A program made the position numbers and the translations under genes. A model generated the notes under the pieces. The model did not search any database. It was given only the letters and a program-made list of their open reading frames with translations, and was not told the DNA's origin. Below, piece after piece: positions 57,893 to 64,000 of a DNA stretch of 64,000 nucleotides. The stretch lies in contig JBGPQP010000003.1 of the NCBI GenBank assembly GCA_041489155.1, forward strand, positions 1-64,000. Reading direction: 5' to 3'. The DNA is from Candidatus Aenigmatarchaeota archaeon (GTDB lineage: Archaea; Aenigmatarchaeota; Aenigmatarchaeia; QMZP01; QMZT01). The stretch's first letter is position 1, and each line of letters opens with the position of its first letter.

Positions 57893-59467
57893 ATGAGCTT
57901 CGTGAGCCATCCGATGATCAGGCCGAATGCGATAGAGTCGAGACTCTACCAGGAAGCGATAGTCGGCAGGGCGGCAGCGAACGACCTGCTCTGTGTGTTG
58001 CCAACGGGATTGGGCAAGACTCCTATAGCCATCGTTTTAGCCGTTCACCGCCTTGAGAAATTCCCGGGCTCTAAGGTACTGGTCATGGCGCCGACCAAGC
58101 CGCTGACCGAGCAACATCTGCATTCTTTCATGCGGGCGATAAATCTGCCGGATGAGGAGTTCGTCCTGGTCACAGGAAAGACAAAGCCTGGCAGCAGGCA
58201 GGAGCTTTACAGGAACGCCAGAATAATTTTTGCCACGCCGCAGACCATCGAGAACGATCTGGAAGGGGGAAGGATAAACCTGGAGGACTTCTCCCTCCTG
58301 GTCTTCGACGAGGCGCACCATTCGATAGGAGATTACGCTTACCCTTACATAGCTAAGGCGTATGCCGGGCAGGCGAAGAACCGCAGGATCCTCGGCCTGA
58401 CAGCATCCCCGGGCGGGACGAAGGCTAAGATAAAGGAGATCATGGACAACCTCGGCATCCGCGAGGTCGAGATACGGACGGAGAAAGATTTCGATGTGGA
58501 GCCGTGGGTGCAGGAGAAGCATGTGGAATGGGTCTACGTCAGGCTGCCGGACGCCTTCGTTGAACTGGGCAAAACGCTCAGAAAAGCCTATATGGACAGG
58601 CTGGAGAAGCTCAGGAAAATAGGCTTCAACAAGCCCGTCGGCATCATAAGCAAGCGTGACCTTCTGGCGCTGCAACAGAAGCTCATGGCCAGCCCCTCGC
58701 GCGACTACACCAAGTTCTGGGGCGTTTCGCTGGTCTCGCAGGCGATAAAGCTCGAGCACGCGCTCGGCCTGCTTGAGACGCAGGGCATAACATCGCTCTG
58801 GAACTACTTCAGGAAGCTGTCTTCAAGCAAGGCAAAATCGTCACGGAGCGTGCTGAAGGACAAGAACGTGATAAAGGCGATGAAGCTATCCGAAGCGCTG
58901 GAGGCCGAAGGCCGCAAGCATCCGAAGATGGCGAAGCTCAGCGAGCTCGTTAGCTTCCAGCTGCGCGAAAAACCCGCCTCGAAAATCATCCTGTTCGCGA
59001 ATTACAGGGAGATGGTCAGGGAGCTAGTCAAGACGCTGTCCAATGTTGAAGGCGCGAGGCCTGGCGAATTCATGGGACAGAAGGAAGGGATGACGCAGAA
59101 CGAACAGAAGCAGCGCATACAGGAGTTCAAGGACGGCATCTATAACATACTGGTAACCACATCAATCGGCGAGGAAGGAATTGACATACCGGAGATGGAG
59201 CTCGCGATTTTCTACGAGCCCGTCCCTAGCGAAATTCGTTCGATTCAGCGGCGCGGACGAGTGGGGCGAACGAAAGTCGGCAGGATAATCATACTCATGG
59301 CCAAGGGCACGAGGGACGAAGCGTATTACTGGACCGCGCAGAGAAAGGAAAGCATCATGAGGAAAACGCTGTACGAGATGAAGGAGGAATCACGATTCCC
59401 GGAGGTGCCGACGCGTCAAAGAAGAAAGATTGCCAAGAGAAATCAGAGTAGTTTATCGGATTTCTGA
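57893..59467 (+). CDS. hef: Hef/FANCM-like SF2 helicase without ERCC4 nuclease domain
   Basis: RLYQ, LPTGLGKT, DEAH, GLTASPG, HPK, EEGIDIP, QRRGRVGR. Confidence 0.88.
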   Translation: MSFVSHPMIRPNAIESRLYQEAIVGRAAANDLLCVLPTGLGKTPIAIVLAVHRLEKFPGSKVLVMAPTKPLTEQHLHSFMRAINLPDEEFVLVTGKTKPGSRQELYRNARIIFATPQTIENDLEGGRINLEDFSLLVFDEAHHSIGDYAYPYIAKAYAGQAKNRRILGLTASPGGTKAKIKEIMDNLGIREVEIRTEKDFDVEPWVQEKHVEWVYVRLPDAFVELGKTLRKAYMDRLEKLRKIGFNKPVGIISKRDLLALQQKLMASPSRDYTKFWGVSLVSQAIKLEHALGLLETQGITSLWNYFRKLSSSKAKSSRSVLKDKNVIKAMKLSEALEAEGRKHPKMAKLSELVSFQLREKPASKIILFANYREMVRELVKTLSNVEGARPGEFMGQKEGMTQNEQKQRIQEFKDGIYNILVTTSIGEEGIDIPEMELAIFYEPVPSEIRSIQRRGRVGRTKVGRIIILMAKGTRDEAYYWTAQRKESIMRKTLYEMKEESRFPEVPTRQRRKIAKRNQSSLSDF

Positions 59468-59479
59468 TCAGGTTAAATG

Positions 59480-60436
59480 TTATATTCGAATGTGGCGTAA
59501 TTCACCTCTCGTGTATAGTGTTCTCCGTAAACGAAACAAAGCCCTTTGCCTAAGCTGACTAATTCGTACAGGTGTGACATCATATTTCCAAGCAAGTTGT
59601 CTAGTTTTCCCTAAATCAATGTTATCAGTAAACTTGAAACTCACAACATCGCCATGTTTTCTGCCTTTTTCTACTGTTTTTATTATTCCAAATGATTCTA
59701 ATAGATGTTCTGGAACATCTGAAAGAGGACCATATTTAGATTCAACGTATTTTAAAATTTCAGACCTATCCACGGGTTCAGTAGTTAAATTGTTTCTATT
59801 AAAATCATAATATTTTTCAATTATTGAAAATTCTCTCTCGGGAAGTGAGGATAGAGCTGAGTTCAAAGCCATGCACAACCTTTCTTCAAAATCAATCTCA
59901 GATGATGTTTTTTTAGATAAAATTAAGTCTTTATACCACCACTGATCTTCTTCTGTGGGTACTGGCCATTTGTCCACCAAGTTTAAAATAATACCAGCCA
60001 GACATTTTCTCATATACAGATCGTAATTCTTATCTTTGCCCGATGTGTGTTTTCTCTGGTTACCTAAAAATTGTATAAACGCTTCCTGAATAATATCTTC
60101 CCTGTCCTCTTCTGTCGTATCCGACCTTTTTTTGTATTCCACACAATTGTCGAATATTCTCTTCATTATTTCCAAAACCTTACCGGTTTCCATGTTTTTT
60201 TCCAACTTTCCAATTCCATTAGTGTATCCTAAAATTTTCATTTCCTCTCTCGTGGTCAAACCAAGTTCTTTCCTAACATGGGAAGGATTGCTATCGAAAA
60301 AATGTTTATAAACATCACTATGTCCTGCATCGCTTATTTCATAGATATTAGGATTCCTTCGGTTTTTTGTACAAAATCCTAAGTAAAACTCTAAAAATTC
60401 ATCCCTCTTTCCCAAACATATTTCTGTATTTGCCAT
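59480..60436 (-). CDS. Sigma-70-like protein (regions 2 and 4), AT-rich
   Basis: REDIIQEAFI (r2.2-like); ALSSLPEREFSII..YY (r4.1-like); VTPVRISQLRQRALFRLR (r4.2-like HTH). Confidence 0.7.
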   Translation of the reverse strand: MANTEICLGKRDEFLEFYLGFCTKNRRNPNIYEISDAGHSDVYKHFFDSNPSHVRKELGLTTREEMKILGYTNGIGKLEKNMETGKVLEIMKRIFDNCVEYKKRSDTTEEDREDIIQEAFIQFLGNQRKHTSGKDKNYDLYMRKCLAGIILNLVDKWPVPTEEDQWWYKDLILSKKTSSEIDFEERLCMALNSALSSLPEREFSIIEKYYDFNRNNLTTEPVDRSEILKYVESKYGPLSDVPEHLLESFGIIKTVEKGRKHGDVVSFKFTDNIDLGKTRQLAWKYDVTPVRISQLRQRALFRLRRTLYTRGELRHIRI

Positions 60437-60548
60437 ATTTCCAATTCAAATTAAATTCTAAGATTTAAATAAGCTACTATCTTATAGTAGTTAATAATTA
60501 AAACACCACAAAAAGTTATTTTAAATCATGTAGCATAATAGTCTAATT

Positions 60549-61925
60549 ATGTATTCTCACGAAATACAGCGGCTTCTCGGGCACAAGAACATCGCCATTG
60601 GCGACAGGGTCCTCGTCCAGAAGGACGGCAAAAAGCACGAGGGCCTGCTCATGCCAAAGCCTTCCCACGGCGACGAGAGAACGGTTCTCATAAAGCTTGA
60701 CAGCGGCTACAACGTCGGCTTCGATATAACCGGCCTCGTGATTTCGAAGGCGCATTCGAAAGAGCCGAAAGACGTGAAAGAAGAGGCGAAATACGAATTC
60801 GGCAGGACGAACAAAGAGCTGCTTGAACTGAAGTTCGATGCGAACAAGCCTAAGGTCGCGCTAATCTCGACCGGCGGCACCATTGCTTCGCGGGTTGATT
60901 ACAGGACAGGAGGCGTCTACGCTGTCGAGAATCCCAAGGAGCTCCTGCACAACATACCCGAGCTTTCTCACATAGTTAATCTCGAGATGTTCAGCCCGAT
61001 TAAGAAGATGAGCGAGGATCTCGACCCTGAGGACTGGCAGCACATCGCCAGGGAGGTCGCTAAAGAGTTGAACGCCGGAAAAAAGGGTGTGATTGTAACG
61101 CACGGCACGGACACGCTGCATTACACTTCCGCTGCGTTATCATTTTTCCTTCAGAATCTCGGCAAACCCGTCGTCCTTGTAGGCGCGCAGAGGTCGAGCG
61201 ACCGGGGCTCGAGCGACGCCGGCCTGAACATCATCTGCGCGGCGCACGTCGCCGTGTCTGACATCGCCGAGGTCGGGACGTGCATGCACGGCAGCACGAA
61301 TGACGCATACTGCCATTTCATCCGCGGGACGAAGGTGCGCAAGATGCACACGACCAGGCGCGACGCCTTCCAGCCGATAAACGAGCCCGCGCTGGCGAGG
61401 GTCTTCGCTGATGGCAGGATCGATATAATCAACAAGAACTTCAGGAAAAGAGATGACAAGAAGAAGGTGGAGGTCGACGCAAAAATCGACCCGAACGTCG
61501 CGATACTCAAGGTCTATCCCGGCTCGCACTCGAATGTGATCGATTATCACATCAGGAACGGGTGTAAAGGCTTCGTCATCGAGGGGACCGGCATGGGCCA
61601 CGTGCCTACTGAAGTCTCGAAAAAGCCTTGGACCCTTGCGATAAAGAAGCACTCGGAAACCATCCCGTTTGTCATAACCTCCCAGACAATTTACGGCAGG
61701 GTAAACCCATACGTCTACACGAACCTGCGCAAGCTGTTCATCGATTCCGGAGCGATTCCTGGCGAGGACATGACCAGCGAAACTGCGTATGTCAAGCTCA
61801 TGTGGGTGCTCGGCAAGACAAAGAGTATGGAGAAGATACGCGAGATGATGCTTACGAACTACGTCGGTGAAATCACCAGCCGCACGGAAACCGACGCCTT
61901 TTCTGCAGAGGGATTGAATGAGTGA
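60549..61925 (+). CDS. gatD: Glu-tRNA(Gln) amidotransferase subunit D
   Basis: KLDSGYNVG, STGGTIASRVDY.TG, HGTDT, GAQRSSDR, RKMHTTRRDAF. Confidence 0.96.
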   Translation: MYSHEIQRLLGHKNIAIGDRVLVQKDGKKHEGLLMPKPSHGDERTVLIKLDSGYNVGFDITGLVISKAHSKEPKDVKEEAKYEFGRTNKELLELKFDANKPKVALISTGGTIASRVDYRTGGVYAVENPKELLHNIPELSHIVNLEMFSPIKKMSEDLDPEDWQHIAREVAKELNAGKKGVIVTHGTDTLHYTSAALSFFLQNLGKPVVLVGAQRSSDRGSSDAGLNIICAAHVAVSDIAEVGTCMHGSTNDAYCHFIRGTKVRKMHTTRRDAFQPINEPALARVFADGRIDIINKNFRKRDDKKKVEVDAKIDPNVAILKVYPGSHSNVIDYHIRNGCKGFVIEGTGMGHVPTEVSKKPWTLAIKKHSETIPFVITSQTIYGRVNPYVYTNLRKLFIDSGAIPGEDMTSETAYVKLMWVLGKTKSMEKIREMMLTNYVGEITSRTETDAFSAEGLNE

Positions 61926-63069
61926 GATTTTAACTAAAAAGTTGCACAAAAATTCAGATAGAAAATTTTCGCTTATTTTAGCTAAACCCAAAAATAAGGC
62001 AGACGTTCCTAAAAATTTGTGGGAAAAATCAAAAAGGATAGTGGTTAATCGATTTCGTGAAGAATATGTACCTCTTTATCTCTTAAATTCATATAAGATT
62101 AAGATAGATAAGTTGGTTGTGAACAACACATACGGAAGGCCTATTAAATTTGTTACGGAATTAACAGAGGATTTCGCAAAAATAATAGGTGCTATTTGTT
62201 CGGATGGCCATATAACAACTAAATCAAAAGCTGATTATATCATACAGTTGGTCGATTCCGACAAAACAGCAGTCATAGCTTTTCAGAAATGGATTGAAAA
62301 TATATTTGGTAGAAAGTATACTGTCAATAAGGACTATACATCGAACTCGTGGAGAATAGATATAAACAACAAGATCATAGGCCGTTACTTGGTTGATGTT
62401 ATAGGGCTCCCTACCAATAAAAAATCTGATACTGTAAGATCACCAAAAGTTATAATGAGAAGTACTTCAGATATTCAAAAGGCATTTTGCGTTGGAGCTT
62501 TAACTTTCGATGGAGGAATAGACATAAGCGGTAATATAGAATTTTTAACACGTAGCAAACAATTCTATTTGGATATTGTTAGAATCCTGAAAAGATTGAA
62601 TATCGATGCGTACTACAAAAAAACAAGCGATAAAAACGGATTTTGGAGGTTCCATTTGTGCAGATCATCCCCAGAATATAAAAAATGGTTGCAACTTTTT
62701 GAAAAGGGAACAGAGAAATGGGAAAAAATAAAAGAAAACGTAAATGGTTTCAAAAAGATACCAACTTCGGAGAACGAAGTTCTTGAAACATTCAGCAGAG
62801 TATTCCCCTCTAAAAACAGAAGCTTTGTAAACATCTCTGATTTTTTTAATTGCCTAAAGAAAGCTGGAAATTGTAATATAGAGGAACTAACGAAGAAATT
62901 AAATATAGATAAAACCACAACAAATAAATATAGAAAAGTTCTGAAAGATTGCAATATAATACGCGAAGAACACATTGAGGGCAAGAAATATAAAATAGAG
63001 ATATGCTTCAATAAAAATATACACGAATGGAGAATACCAAAAAGGTCTTATAATGGAATTGGATTATAA
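61918..63069 (+). mobile_element. Free-standing two-motif LAGLIDADG homing-endonuclease-like gene with C-terminal HTH
   Basis: AKIIGAICSDG and AFCVGALTFDGG; strongly AT-rich; no intein splice termini; overlaps gatD stop and gatE start. Confidence 0.82.
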
Positions 63070-64000
63070 AAAAATGGGTCTTAAATGTGGCATTGAGGTG
63101 CATAAACAGCTAGACACGGAACGCAAGCTTTTCTGCAACTGCAGGGCGCGCTTTTCCGAGGCGAAGCCGCAGGCAGAGGTTGTGCGGAAACTGCGAGTGG
63201 TCGCCGGCGAGACCGGCGAAATCGATGTGGCGGCGCTGGGTGAAGTTGCTAAAGGAATCGAATTCGTCTACAGGGTTTATCCCGATGAGACCTGCCTCGT
63301 CGAACTGGACGAAGAGCCAATTCATTCTCTTAATTCCGAAGCGCTTGATATTGTCCTCACCATAGGCGGACTTCTGAAGTGCGAGGTGCCAGAGGAAATC
63401 CACGTGATGAGGAAGACTGTTTTGGATGGTTCAAACACTTCCGGCTTCCAGAGGACGGCGATTGTTGGGTTGGACGGAAAAATGAAAACGTCTTTCGGCG
63501 AGGTCGGCATAGAAAACCTGTGCCTCGAGGAGGAGAGCTGCCAGATAATGGGGAGAGAGGGGAACCGCGTGTTTTATGGCCTGGACAGGCTTGGCATCCC
63601 GCTCGTCGAGATTGGCACTTCGCCCGATATCCGCTCGCCAGAACAAGCGAGAGAAGTCGCTGAGAAACTTGGCATGATAGTGCGCTCGACCGGGAAGGTG
63701 AAGCGAGGCCTCGGCACGATCAGGCAGGACATAAATGTTTCCATCGCGGGCGGCGCGAGAGTCGAGATAAAGGGTGTGCAGGAACTGAGGATGATTCCCA
63801 AGTTCGTCGAGAACGAGGCGCTGAGACAAAAGGCGCTGCTTGAGATAAGGAATGAGCTGAAGAAAAAAGGCTTCAAGCCGGTTAGGCCGAAAGTTGTTCA
63901 TGTTTCCCACATATTCAAAGGTTCTGAATCGAAGATAACGAAGGACAAGGCAACGTATGCGATTCTCATTCCAGATTTCGCGGGCTTCATGAAAAGGCAA
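63053..64000 (+). CDS. gatE: Glu-tRNA(Gln) amidotransferase subunit E (3' truncated; not in ORF track)
   Basis: Hand translation MELDYKKMGLKCGIEVHKQL...KLFCNC; CLVELDEEP, MRKTVLDGSNTSGFQRT, LDRLGIPLVEI, RGLGTIRQD. Confidence 0.95.
   Translation, partial: MELDYKKMGLKCGIEVHKQLDTERKLFCNCRARFSEAKPQAEVVRKLRVVAGETGEIDVAALGEVAKGIEFVYRVYPDETCLVELDEEPIHSLNSEALDIVLTIGGLLKCEVPEEIHVMRKTVLDGSNTSGFQRTAIVGLDGKMKTSFGEVGIENLCLEEESCQIMGREGNRVFYGLDRLGIPLVEIGTSPDIRSPEQAREVAEKLGMIVRSTGKVKRGLGTIRQDINVSIAGGARVEIKGVQELRMIPKFVENEALRQKALLEIRNELKKKGFKPVRPKVVHVSHIFKGSESKITKDKATYAILIPDFAGFMKRQ

Noticed and set aside
61918..63069. Intein or intron in gatD/gatE
   Set aside because: Separate reading frame with its own start and stop, no Cys/Ser...His-Asn splice motifs, and both flanking genes are uninterrupted

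Overview
Archaeal chromosomal window. Evidence: TBP, Rpo6/Rpo12, exosome, proteasome, aEF-1alpha, GatDE and a BHB-type tRNA intron. The compact layout and gene set suggest a DPANN lineage such as Aenigmarchaeota (inference only). Most of it is housekeeping in G/C-ending host codon usage: the exosome/proteasome superoperon, valS, gltX, gatD/gatE, kae1, mre11, a Hef-like helicase, and a folate-dependent de novo purine cluster (purM,B,C,E,Q,L,S,H,N,D,F with folC, folD and 5-formyl-THF cyclo-ligase). Main items of interest: (1) a tandem array of at least 3 signal-peptide-less 8-bladed PQQ-type beta-propellers, joined by two 52-nt overlaps and sharing a conserved S-[DE]-Y-x-x-x repeat tail; (2) an AT-rich sigma-70-like gene with regions 2 and 4; (3) a free-standing LAGLIDADG endonuclease wedged between gatD and gatE, whose AT-rich signature extends into the 5' end of gatE; (4) tRNA-Glu(CTC) with a 122-nt structured D-loop intron; (5) PurF without its catalytic Cys and GluRS with SIGQ in place of HIGH; (6) several single-gene AT-rich islets. 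All calls come from motif recognition by eye; no database searches were run.
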